A stretch of 64,000 nt of DNA, from contig JAFDZM010000017.1 of the NCBI GenBank assembly GCA_018266915.1, positions 52,639 through 116,638 of the forward strand. The letters run 5' to 3'. The DNA is from Bacteroidota bacterium. GTDB taxonomy: Bacteria > Bacteroidota > Bacteroidia > Sphingobacteriales > Sphingobacteriaceae. Both the position numbers and the translations under genes were made by a program. Below, piece by piece: positions 19,551 through 27,799 of this stretch (within the stretch, counting starts at the first letter, position 1; each line of letters begins with the position of its first letter). The notes beneath the pieces are model-generated. The model saw nothing but the letters and a program-made list of their open reading frames with translations, did no database searches and was not told the DNA's origin.

Positions 19551-20504
19551 ATGTCAGACGTTCCTCATAACCCCATCCCGCATAGGCACATACACCCAGG
19601 TTACCAGTTCCTGATCGTTGTTGGTTTGTTATTATTGTCGCTTATTGTCGGTAGTTTCACTGGGATGATTTTTATAGCTATGAAGTATGGGTCTCAAACA
19701 TTGACGGATATTTTACAGGCAAATCTTTCGGCTCCGAATGTATCAGTATCACTTTGGATATTGCAGTTTTCAGGGACAACCTTGCCAATATTAGCAACTC
19801 CGATTATCTTTTCCTATTTCATTATCCAGGAACCAGATGAATACCTGAAAACTAACTTCCATTTTCCGTGGCTGCTTATTGCTATCGTTTTTGTGACGAT
19901 GATGCTTTCCAATCCGCTCATTGAATTCCTGAGCAACCTGAACGAGAAAATGGCGCTGCCAAAGTTCCTGAAAGGTGTGCAAGATTGGATGCGTGAAAGC
20001 GAGGACCAGACCAAAAAGCTCTCTGACGCAATGATGGCAATGAATTCATTCTCTGCAATGATATTCAACTTACTGTTTATAGGCTTGCTGACGGCGATCG
20101 TTGAGGAGGTATTATTCCGCGGATGTCTGCAAACTATATTCGTCCGTTGGACAAAGAGCAAACACGCTGCCGTATGGATCGTAGCTATTTTATTCAGCGC
20201 TTTCCATATGGAGTTTTTTGGCTTTTTACCAAGGCTGTTTTTAGGTGTTCTTTTCGGATATTTTACCGCCTGGAGCGGTAGTGTGTGGCCATCCATTTGG
20301 GCACATTTTCTGAACAACGGAACTATTGTGGTGATCACCTATCTGGCTGGTCAAAAACTGATCAATATAGATGTGAACGATGAGCATATGTTTAGTAATG
20401 TAGTTTATGTTGTAAGCTTCTTGATAACGGTAGCATTGCTGTATTTTTATCATTATATTGCAGTAAAAAGGCAGATTTCAGACCATGGAGAAGAACTGGG
20501 TTAG
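19551..20504 (+). CDS. CPBP (CAAX/Abi) intramembrane glutamic endopeptidase
   Basis: EEVLFRG, FSAFH, AHFLNN motifs. Multi-TM. Confidence 0.9.
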   Translation: MSDVPHNPIPHRHIHPGYQFLIVVGLLLLSLIVGSFTGMIFIAMKYGSQTLTDILQANLSAPNVSVSLWILQFSGTTLPILATPIIFSYFIIQEPDEYLKTNFHFPWLLIAIVFVTMMLSNPLIEFLSNLNEKMALPKFLKGVQDWMRESEDQTKKLSDAMMAMNSFSAMIFNLLFIGLLTAIVEEVLFRGCLQTIFVRWTKSKHAAVWIVAILFSAFHMEFFGFLPRLFLGVLFGYFTAWSGSVWPSIWAHFLNNGTIVVITYLAGQKLINIDVNDEHMFSNVVYVVSFLITVALLYFYHYIAVKRQISDHGEELG

Positions 20505-20697
20505 AATTTTTACCACATTTAATTATTACCAGGCCGAGATCGTAAAGCAGGTGCTTACCGAAAATGAAATCGATACCGTTTTATTAAACAAACAAGACTC
20601 TTCTCACCGTACCTTTGGCGACATTGAAGTATATATTCATCAGCAGGATTTTAGTAATGCCATCGAAATTATGATCCTGAACCAAATCAATTTATGA
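20485..20697 (+). CDS. DUF2007 small putative signal-transducing protein
   Basis: AEIVKQVLTENEI...NKQDS...IEVYI pattern. Confidence 0.75.
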   Translation: MEKNWVRIFTTFNYYQAEIVKQVLTENEIDTVLLNKQDSSHRTFGDIEVYIHQQDFSNAIEIMILNQINL

Positions 20698-21503
20698 AAA
20701 CACGCGCCATAACCGGCTTTTTCTTTGTTATTATAATGCTTGCCTCCATGTTATTGGGGCAATATGTGTTCGGCGTATTTTATTTGTTGCTGAGCGCTTT
20801 TGCTTTGTATGAGTTTTATGGATTAGTAAAACAAAGCGGCATTCAACCTAATATTATAAGCGGGATATTAAATGGGGTATTGATTTATGCAGCATTTTCG
20901 CTCGTTCATACGTTGCTGCCTGACGCGTTTAAGTATGTATTTGTACTTGCGCTTACCTTGAGTTTGATCTTCTTCCAGGAATTATATAAAAAGTCAGAAA
21001 CGCCTTTTACCAATATTGCCTATACCATAATGGGTATTGTTTACGCCATCATCCCTTTCACATTTTTCCATGCTTTAGGATTTTTGGGAACCTCGTTCAA
21101 TTTCCATGTTCCGCTGGCATTTCTGGTTATGCTTTGGTCCAACGATACCGGCGCTTACCTGAGCGGTTATTTTTTCGGGCGCACAAAGCTGTTCGAGCGT
21201 CATTCGCCTAAAAAAACATGGGAAGGATTTATTGGAGGTGTAATAATCGCTGCTGTTGCAGGATATATCCTGAGTAACTTTTATCACGAGTTATCGTGGG
21301 ATAAATGGGTGATCATGGCTATCCTGATCGGTTGTTTTGGTACCTTAGGCGATTTGGTAGAATCCATGTTCAAACGCAGCATCAATATCAAAGATTCAGG
21401 AGGCATATTGCCAGGGCATGGCGGACTACTTGATAGGTTCGACGGCCTTTTACTTTCCGCGCCAATTGTTTATGCGTACCTCTACTTAATTACAAATTCT
21501 TAA
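20694..21503 (+). CDS. cdsA: Phosphatidate cytidylyltransferase
   Basis: NDTGAY, SPKKTWEG, KDSGGILPGHGGLLDRFD. Confidence 0.95.
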   Translation: MKTRAITGFFFVIIMLASMLLGQYVFGVFYLLLSAFALYEFYGLVKQSGIQPNIISGILNGVLIYAAFSLVHTLLPDAFKYVFVLALTLSLIFFQELYKKSETPFTNIAYTIMGIVYAIIPFTFFHALGFLGTSFNFHVPLAFLVMLWSNDTGAYLSGYFFGRTKLFERHSPKKTWEGFIGGVIIAAVAGYILSNFYHELSWDKWVIMAILIGCFGTLGDLVESMFKRSINIKDSGGILPGHGGLLDRFDGLLLSAPIVYAYLYLITNS

Positions 21504-21524
21504 TTTTGCAGAAAATCTTATAAA

Positions 21525-22265
21525 ATGACTATCCACAAAGAAGGTTATACCTCCATTGCGCTGTGTGTGCTGTTTATATTCGTAGTAAACGCCATTATAC
21601 AGTTTTACTACCCTGATGCTCATACGCTAAGATGGATTGTATATATATTATCATTCGCGCTGTTTATCATCATCCTGCAGTTTTTTCGCAGTCCGCATTT
21701 TCACATCAATACCGATGAAACACAGGTACTTTGCCCTGCCGATGGTAAAGTGGTGGTAATTGAAGAAACTGATGAGCCGGAATTTTTAAAAGATCGCCGC
21801 ATACAGCTATCGGTATTTATGTCGCCTATCAATGTGCACGTGAACCGTAACCCTATAGCCGGCGTGGTAAAATACTTTCGGTATCACCCAGGTAAATACT
21901 TAGTAGCGTGGCATCCGAAATCATCCACTGAAAACGAGCGCACTACTATTGTGATCGAAAACAGCAAAGGCGTGTCTGTGCTGTTCAGGCAGATAGCAGG
22001 TGCAATGGCCCGCCGTATTGTATGGTATGTGAAAGAAGGTGACAAGGTAGACCAGGGCGCACAGTTCGGATTTATCAAATTCGGCTCAAGGGTGGATGTT
22101 TTCTTGCCTTTAGGAACCAAGATCAATGTAGGACTTGGCGAGGTAGTAAAAGGCGGACGTACGGTGCTGGCGACATTAGCTGAGCCGGTTAAGGTAAAAG
22201 CGGAACCGGCGGTTGTTGAAGAGGCTGTGGTATCTAAAGCTAAGACCGCTAAAAAGAAAGCATAA
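21525..22265 (+). CDS. psd: Phosphatidylserine decarboxylase proenzyme
   Basis: PADGKV, FMSPINVHVNR, FGSRVD self-cleavage motif. Confidence 0.95.
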   Translation: MTIHKEGYTSIALCVLFIFVVNAIIQFYYPDAHTLRWIVYILSFALFIIILQFFRSPHFHINTDETQVLCPADGKVVVIEETDEPEFLKDRRIQLSVFMSPINVHVNRNPIAGVVKYFRYHPGKYLVAWHPKSSTENERTTIVIENSKGVSVLFRQIAGAMARRIVWYVKEGDKVDQGAQFGFIKFGSRVDVFLPLGTKINVGLGEVVKGGRTVLATLAEPVKVKAEPAVVEEAVVSKAKTAKKKA

Positions 22266-22276
22266 AATATCCTGCG

Positions 22277-22407
22277 CGTCATTGAGGAACGAAGCAATCC
22301 CTACATAGGACTTCAATGGAACGCGATTCTGTTACTGAACATTCTTTAACAAATTCTTGTTCCCTGATCTGCATAGCATAGAGATTGCTTCGTTCCTCGC
22401 AAAGACG
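22277..22407. repeat. CGTC-tagged REP-like inverted repeat
   Basis: CGTCATTGAGGAACGAAGCAATC ... GATTGCTTCGTTCCTCGCAAAGACG; 16-bp perfect inverted core. Confidence 0.75.
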
Positions 22408-22427
22408 TTAGGAAATAACCAACAAAA

Positions 22428-22457
22428 AAAGCCGATCTGAATTTTCAGATCGGCTTT
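22428..22457. terminator. Bidirectional terminator psd/rplS
   Basis: AAAGCCGATCTGAA-TT-TTCAGATCGGCTTT perfect hairpin. Confidence 0.8.
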
Positions 22458-22478
22458 AATATTTTCATACACTTAAGA

Positions 22479-22826
22479 TTAAACTCTTTTTGATTTGATA
22501 CGGGCTGCTTTACCGGTCAGATCGCGCAGGTAGAACAATTTAGCACGACGAACTTTACCGTAGCTGTTAACCTCAACCTTGTCAATGTTAGGAGAGTTGA
22601 TAGGAAAAATACGTTCAACACCGATACCGTTTGAAACTTTACGTACAGTAAAAGTTTCGTTGTTACCTACGCTATTGCGCTGGATAACCACACCCTGGTA
22701 AACCTGAATACGTTCTTTGTTACCTTCTCTGATTTTATAGTGTACGCTAACAGTATCACCTGCTTTGAACGCAGGAAGTTGCTTTTTTTCTACTGATTGC
22801 TCTTCAACAAATTTTACTAAATCCAT
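22479..22826 (-). CDS. rplS: 50S ribosomal protein L19
   Basis: [34 protein letters not shown]. Confidence 0.98.
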   Translation of the reverse strand: MDLVKFVEEQSVEKKQLPAFKAGDTVSVHYKIREGNKERIQVYQGVVIQRNSVGNNETFTVRKVSNGIGVERIFPINSPNIDKVEVNSYGKVRRAKLFYLRDLTGKAARIKSKRV

Positions 22827-22828
22827 GA

Positions 22829-22868
22829 TTTTAAGCTCTTAAAAGCGATTTTTAGCCCGTAAAAATCG
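22829..22868 (-). promoter_or_regulatory. Two tandem hairpins in the rplS 5' leader (candidate r-protein leader)
   Basis: CGATTTTTA-GCCCG-TAAAAATCG and TTTTAAG-CT-CTTAAAA immediately before the start codon. Confidence 0.45.
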
Positions 22869-22963
22869 GATTGCAATAATAGGGATTTTATTTCTAAATA
22901 AAAAGTAGAATTAAAAAATTTCCACATTTGGTTTTTCTATCCACAATTTGCCCGATATAGAAG

Positions 22964-23638
22964 TTACTTTAACAAATCAGGTCTTCTTGTCTTGGTCCGC
23001 TCTACAGCCTGCTCAAAACGCCATTTTTCAATTTCAGGTGTGTTCCCGCTTAACAGGATATCGGGCACCTTATGACCATTCCAATCAGCAGGGCGGGTAT
23101 AGACCGGTGCGTCTAATAAATCATCCTGGAAAGAATCAGAGAGGGCAGAGGTCTCATCAGACAATACACCTGGTATTAGTCTAACCACCGCATCCACCAA
23201 AACAGCTGCAGGCAATTCACCGCCTGATAGCACATAATCGCCTATGGAAATTTCACGGTTCACAAAAATATCGCGTATGCGCTGGTCGATACCCTTGTAA
23301 TGCCCGCAAAGGATAATGACATTTTTTTTGATGGACAATTGGTTGGCAATCTGCTGATTCAACGTTTCACCATCCGGCGACATGAAAATGATCTCGTCGT
23401 ATTCTCTTTCAGACTTAAGCAGTTCGATGCAACGCGCAAAAGGCTCGATGGTCATTACCATGCCGCTTCCGCCGCCGTAGGGGTAATCGTCTACACTTTT
23501 TTGCTTATTGGTGGCGTAATCGCGCAGGTTGTGAACATGTATTTCGGCGATGCCTTTTTTCTGCGCCCGCTGCAAAATAGAGTGAGCAAAAGGACTTTCC
23601 AGCAACGAAGGCAATACCGTGATCAAATCAAAGCGCAT
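22964..23638 (-). CDS. trmD: tRNA (guanine37-N1)-methyltransferase
   Basis: [32 protein letters not shown]. Confidence 0.98.
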   Translation of the reverse strand: MRFDLITVLPSLLESPFAHSILQRAQKKGIAEIHVHNLRDYATNKQKSVDDYPYGGGSGMVMTIEPFARCIELLKSEREYDEIIFMSPDGETLNQQIANQLSIKKNVIILCGHYKGIDQRIRDIFVNREISIGDYVLSGGELPAAVLVDAVVRLIPGVLSDETSALSDSFQDDLLDAPVYTRPADWNGHKVPDILLSGNTPEIEKWRFEQAVERTKTRRPDLLK

Positions 23639-23657
23639 GGCGCAAAGATAGTTTGTT

Positions 23658-23732
23658 AAAGCGGAAAGCTAAAAGCAGAAAGTCCAAAGCTTTTTTATTG
23701 CTTTCAGCTTTGGTCTTTTAGCTTTCAGCTTG
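23658..23732. repeat. Palindrome of AAAGCnn heptamers
   Basis: AAAGCGG AAAGCTA AAAGCAG AAAGTCC AAAGC / GCTTT CAGCTTT GGTCTTT TAGCTTT CAGCTT. Confidence 0.7.
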
Positions 23733-24929
23733 AGACGGTTCCTGATACAATCCAAACACATTCCCAAATGGATCGCTGAAACGGGCTGTAATCTCCGGTG
23801 CATCCATACCAATAGGCTGAACTATTTTGCCGCCGTTGGCAATTACTGCATCGATGGTTTCCTCGACACTGTCCATCATTATATAAACCATCAAGCCAGG
23901 TTCTGTAGAAGGTTTATACTGATTGGTCCACATACCGCTGACCACGCCTACGCCGTCATCAAAGGCAGCATTACCGTGGTTATCACTGCGAATTGGCCAG
24001 CCGAAAACTGCTTCATAAAAATTAGCAGACTTAGGAATATCATCAGCGGGAATCTCCACATAACATATTTTGCCATTTCCGCCACCCGGATGCTGGTATA
24101 GTCCGAGCAGGTTTCCGAAAGGATCATTAAACCAGGCGATGATCTCGTGATCACTTAGCTTCATTTGTTTGATGATGGGGCAACCACGCTCGGTAATCTT
24201 TTTTATGGTTTCGGCAACGCTGTCGACCATAATTGAAACAATAAACCCGGCTTCGCTGTGCTTTTTGCGACCGGTTACCCAAGTGCCGCTTACTTCATTA
24301 ATTCCATCATCGAATGCCAGGTGACCGTCTCCGCGTTTCCTCGTCTTCCAGCCAAAGACTTCACTATAAAATGCAGCCGATTTTGCAATATCATCAGCCG
24401 GAATTTCTACATAGCATATTTTGCCATTGCCCAATGTCGGGCCGTTTCCGTTTTCCATATTTTCAGATTGAATTTCAGCAGCAAGATCAACAATATTAAC
24501 ACCTTGTACCAGTTCAATGCAATGCTCAGCCGCTAATCCTCGAGCGAGTTCAGACGTTTGCGGTGGATATAGCCAAATTGCTTTTGCATTTAAAGGTAGA
24601 ACATGCTTTTCTACTATGCCGGGAAATTCCGCTTCAGGTCGATATATGTGGACTATATCTACATTTCCGGGAGAGCCATCCAGGTTTTCAAATGAAACGT
24701 AAGCTTCAGTGCCGACATCCGTAACCGGGAAAATGCTTAATCCTTCAGGATTATGTGGCTTCTCTGTCAGCAATTTTGCCTCCGAATATTTATCCGGGCT
24801 GTAGCTAAACACAATAAACCCAGCTTTAAGCAAAGCATAGGGTAGATCGATATTTGGCCAATCGACCAGGAGAATGCTTTTAGCTTCCCTGAGCAATTGT
24901 TGTGCTTTGGTGTTTTGTGATTCTGCCAT
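23718..24929 (-). CDS. Fusion: CoA-binding-like domain plus two tandem VOC/glyoxalase domains
   Basis: N-terminal VDIVHIYRP...AKAIWL. Two copies of GNGKICYVEIPADDI.KSA.FY..VFGW...DPFGN. Confidence 0.75.
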   Translation of the reverse strand: MAESQNTKAQQLLREAKSILLVDWPNIDLPYALLKAGFIVFSYSPDKYSEAKLLTEKPHNPEGLSIFPVTDVGTEAYVSFENLDGSPGNVDIVHIYRPEAEFPGIVEKHVLPLNAKAIWLYPPQTSELARGLAAEHCIELVQGVNIVDLAAEIQSENMENGNGPTLGNGKICYVEIPADDIAKSAAFYSEVFGWKTRKRGDGHLAFDDGINEVSGTWVTGRKKHSEAGFIVSIMVDSVAETIKKITERGCPIIKQMKLSDHEIIAWFNDPFGNLLGLYQHPGGGNGKICYVEIPADDIPKSANFYEAVFGWPIRSDNHGNAAFDDGVGVVSGMWTNQYKPSTEPGLMVYIMMDSVEETIDAVIANGGKIVQPIGMDAPEITARFSDPFGNVFGLYQEPSQAES

Positions 24930-24969
24930 ATAATAAACTTATAACGTCAGGAATAACATGGTTTTTAAA

Positions 24970-25170
24970 TTAGTCAGTATCTTCTAAAATAAAGATTTCT
25001 TCCAGCGGTTTGTTGAACACTTTTGCAATTTTTAATGCCAGTACCGTTGAGGGCACGTATTTATTACTCTCGATGGTATTAATGGTTTGCCGCGATACGC
25101 TCACCGCCTCGGCAAGATCGGCCTGCGTCATGTCTTTGATGGCGCGCTCTATACGTATGGTGTTTTTCAT
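24970..25170 (-). CDS. XRE-family helix-turn-helix regulator
   Basis: MTQADLAEAVSVSRQTINTIE...PSTVLALKIA. Confidence 0.92.
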   Translation of the reverse strand: MKNTIRIERAIKDMTQADLAEAVSVSRQTINTIESNKYVPSTVLALKIAKVFNKPLEEIFILEDTD

Positions 25171-25173
25171 AGC

Positions 25174-25608
25174 TTAACCCTCGCTGCTTAATGAACGGTT
25201 GAGCCGCCAGATCATCCACCGGAACCGTATTATGAAAAATAACAAAGGCACCCAAAAATCGAGCTCAAGGATATGTCCTATATCTTCAATAAATACCAGG
25301 CTGGCAATCAGTATGATATAATTAATGAAGATGGCCCAACGCAACGAGTCGAGCCGGATATGCCATATTTGTTCGTCCTCGATCTTCTCTTTCGCAAAAG
25401 CTACCAAAAACAAACCTGAAGACATTATTAGGGTAGTACAAATAAAAAACAGGTGTTCGCCAGAGAAAGGGCCACCGTTAGTCGGCTGCGCATCCATAAT
25501 GTTGACCATGCCATGCGTCTTCCCAAGCATGCTAAGCGGAACATGCAGTACAACAAGTCCCCAGCCTAAGTAGCGGCACCAGTAAGGGAATAGGAATTTT
25601 GACTTCAT
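25174..25608 (-). CDS. Small membrane protein co-transcribed with XRE regulator
   Basis: About 4 TM segments, FAKEKIEDE motif, 3-nt gap to the XRE gene. Confidence 0.75.
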   Translation of the reverse strand: MKSKFLFPYWCRYLGWGLVVLHVPLSMLGKTHGMVNIMDAQPTNGGPFSGEHLFFICTTLIMSSGLFLVAFAKEKIEDEQIWHIRLDSLRWAIFINYIILIASLVFIEDIGHILELDFWVPLLFFIIRFRWMIWRLNRSLSSEG

Positions 25609-25821
25609 GTAGTAAAGTTTATCTTACCAAATGTAAAACAAATTTTTATTAATGTCAAGTATATTGTACATTAAAATTTTTTGCAATTGTTAATGTTGTC
25701 AAGACCAATAAAGGCGTGGAATGGCAATAATTCTTCCGAGAATAATTCTTGGGATAGTTTTCATGTTTCTGAAAGAGAATAAGAAATAAAGTCTTTCAGT
25801 GGCCAAATAGTTACTTGCCTC

Positions 25822-26337
25822 TTACCCCAAATAAATATCCAGCAAACCCTCCGGCAGATCAACATAAACCTCGCCGCCTTCGAGGTCGATGCCTTTAATA
25901 ATGGTTTCATTTAGCGGGAACAACACTTCTTTGTTTTGATAATGAACAGTAGCAATATATTGATGCGGCAGTTCCTGTACCTCAAGTATTTCACCCAGCT
26001 CGCCTTCACTTTCATCAATAGCTATAAAGCCTTTGAGGGCCTTAAGAGTAAATTCGTTTTTTTTCTTTTTGGGCTTGAGTTTGTTGGACAGGTAAACGTC
26101 CTTTTTCACCAGTTTAGATGCTTTCTCAATGGTGTCCACATCTTCCAGGAAAAGCCAGGCGGTATTTTTCTGGTATTTAACCGATTGTACAAAATAAGGC
26201 ACCAGTTTACCGGCAATGTCAAAAAACACAGCGGTAAAGTTAATATCCTGCAGGTGCTCAAAATCGACAAATAGTTGCAGCTCGCCTTTTAAGCCCCGGG
26301 TTTTAATGATGGTCCCTATTTTGAAATGGTCTTTCAT
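25822..26337 (-). CDS. rimM: 16S rRNA processing protein RimM
   Basis: IGTIIKTRGLKGEL, C-terminal PRC-barrel ...DLPEGLLDIY. Start moved to MKDHF at 26337. Confidence 0.93.
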   Translation of the reverse strand: MKDHFKIGTIIKTRGLKGELQLFVDFEHLQDINFTAVFFDIAGKLVPYFVQSVKYQKNTAWLFLEDVDTIEKASKLVKKDVYLSNKLKPKKKKNEFTLKALKGFIAIDESEGELGEILEVQELPHQYIATVHYQNKEVLFPLNETIIKGIDLEGGEVYVDLPEGLLDIYLG

Positions 26338-26349
26338 GTAATGATCTTT

Positions 26350-26439
26350 CTCTGTGCTCTTTGTGAAATTCTTTGCGTCCCCCGTGGTAAAACTTTTAAC
26401 CACTGAGTTCACAGAGAGTTTTCACTGAGGTACACGGAG
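26350..26439. repeat. Palindrome of CACnGAG-type units with about 9-nt period
   Basis: CTCTGTG CT CTTTGTG...CTTTGCG TC CCCCGTGGT / ACCACTGAG TT CACAGAG...CACTGAG GTA CACGGAG. Confidence 0.65.
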
Positions 26440-26503
26440 TAATAAAACAAAAATAGCGAAGCGTTTTTTAACCACTTCGCTATTCGTTAAGCTTTTTATA
26501 AGA

Positions 26504-27061
26504 TTACTCTGCGCTTTCAGCTTCTGCTGATGCATCAGCTTCGGTTTCAGCAGCTGGTGCTTCAACTTCTTCTTCTGCAGATGCTTCAACTTCCTCAACC
26601 GGAGGAGCGTTTTTGGCAGCAATTGCAGCAGCTTTTTCTTCTTTCTTTTTAGCTTCAGCAGCAAGGGCAGCTTTACGAGCGTCTTGTTTTGCTGTAGACA
26701 GGCTTTCTTTTTTACCGGTGATCTTGCCTTCTTTCTGATCAAGCCATGCCTGGAATTTAGACTCAACTTGTTCTTCGGTCAAAGCACCTTTTTTAAGGCC
26801 GCCCTGTAAGTGTTTTTTGTACAAAACGCCTTTGTATGAAAGGATAGCACGGCAGGTGTCGGTAGGTTGAGCACCATTGTTTACCCAATCAAGGGTTTTG
26901 TCAAAATTAATGTCAATTGTAGCAGGGTTGGTGTTTGGGTTGTATGAACCCAAACGCTCAATGAAGCGGCCATCTCTTGGAGCACGCGCATCTGCCACTA
27001 CGATATAGTAAAAAGGTTTTCCTTTTTTACCATGTCTTTGCAGTCTGATTTTAGTTGCCAT
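26504..27061 (-). CDS. rpsP: 30S ribosomal protein S16 (with Bacteroidota Ala/Glu-rich tail)
   Basis: [39 protein letters not shown]. Confidence 0.98.
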   Translation of the reverse strand: MATKIRLQRHGKKGKPFYYIVVADARAPRDGRFIERLGSYNPNTNPATIDINFDKTLDWVNNGAQPTDTCRAILSYKGVLYKKHLQGGLKKGALTEEQVESKFQAWLDQKEGKITGKKESLSTAKQDARKAALAAEAKKKEEKAAAIAAKNAPPVEEVEASAEEEVEAPAAETEADASAEAESAE

Positions 27062-27086
27062 TTTAAAGTTTTATGTATTCAACACT

Positions 27087-27113
27087 ATCCCCGGAGTCTC
27101 CTTCTGCGGGGAT
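27087..27113 (-). promoter_or_regulatory. Hairpin in rpsP 5' leader just after the -7 promoter element
   Basis: ATCCCCG...CGGGGAT 7-bp stem. TACCTTTG promoter at 27115-27122 (minus strand). Confidence 0.45.
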
Positions 27114-27210
27114 GCAAAGGTAGAAAAATTTATTTTAATTCCTAAATCTTATAATCAATTAAATAATAGGCACTTTTTAAAAAATTTTATCAACTTGTGG
27201 GCATATAATT

Positions 27211-27741
27211 ATGACAAACAAAATACGCATCGCCATAGATATGGACGAGGTGATAGCCGATACCATCGACAAGTTCATTGAGTTGTATAAACTTCGGCAC
27301 GATACGGTTATCCGGCTCGATGAGATGGATGGTAAAGAGTTTAACGAAGTACTGCCCGAAGACATAAAGGCGACCCTGAAAGCCTACATCCATGAGCCGG
27401 GTTTCTTCCGCGATTTGAAAGTGATGCCCGGTGCCCGTGAGGTGGTCAAAGAATTGTGCGATAAGTATGATGTTTATATCGTTTCAGCGGCTATGGAGTT
27501 TCCTAACTCACTGATCGATAAATATAACTGGCTGGCTGAGCATTTCCCTTTTATCAGCTGGAAGAATATTATTTTCTGCGGAAATAAGATCGTTGATACA
27601 CAGATCATGATCGATGACCGTATCCGCAATTTTGTTGGATTTAAAGGTCGCACACTATTGTTTTCATCACCGCATAACCATTTTATCACAGAGTACGAAA
27701 GAGTAAATAACTGGAAAGAGGTAGCTGATAAATTATTATGA
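27211..27741 (+). CDS. 5'(3')-deoxyribonucleotidase (NT5C, HAD family)
   Basis: IAIDMDEVIAD, SAAMEFP, MIDDR. Confidence 0.88.
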   Translation: MTNKIRIAIDMDEVIADTIDKFIELYKLRHDTVIRLDEMDGKEFNEVLPEDIKATLKAYIHEPGFFRDLKVMPGAREVVKELCDKYDVYIVSAAMEFPNSLIDKYNWLAEHFPFISWKNIIFCGNKIVDTQIMIDDRIRNFVGFKGRTLLFSSPHNHFITEYERVNNWKEVADKLL

Positions 27742-27799
27742 GATTGTTAGTCAGAATAGATAACTTTATAAAGCTGCCAAAACATTGTAACACTACTTT

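Noticed and set aside
26422-26766. 114-aa Lys/Leu-rich ORF overlapping rpsP
   Set aside because: Alternative frame of the low-complexity Ala/Glu/Lys tail of S16.
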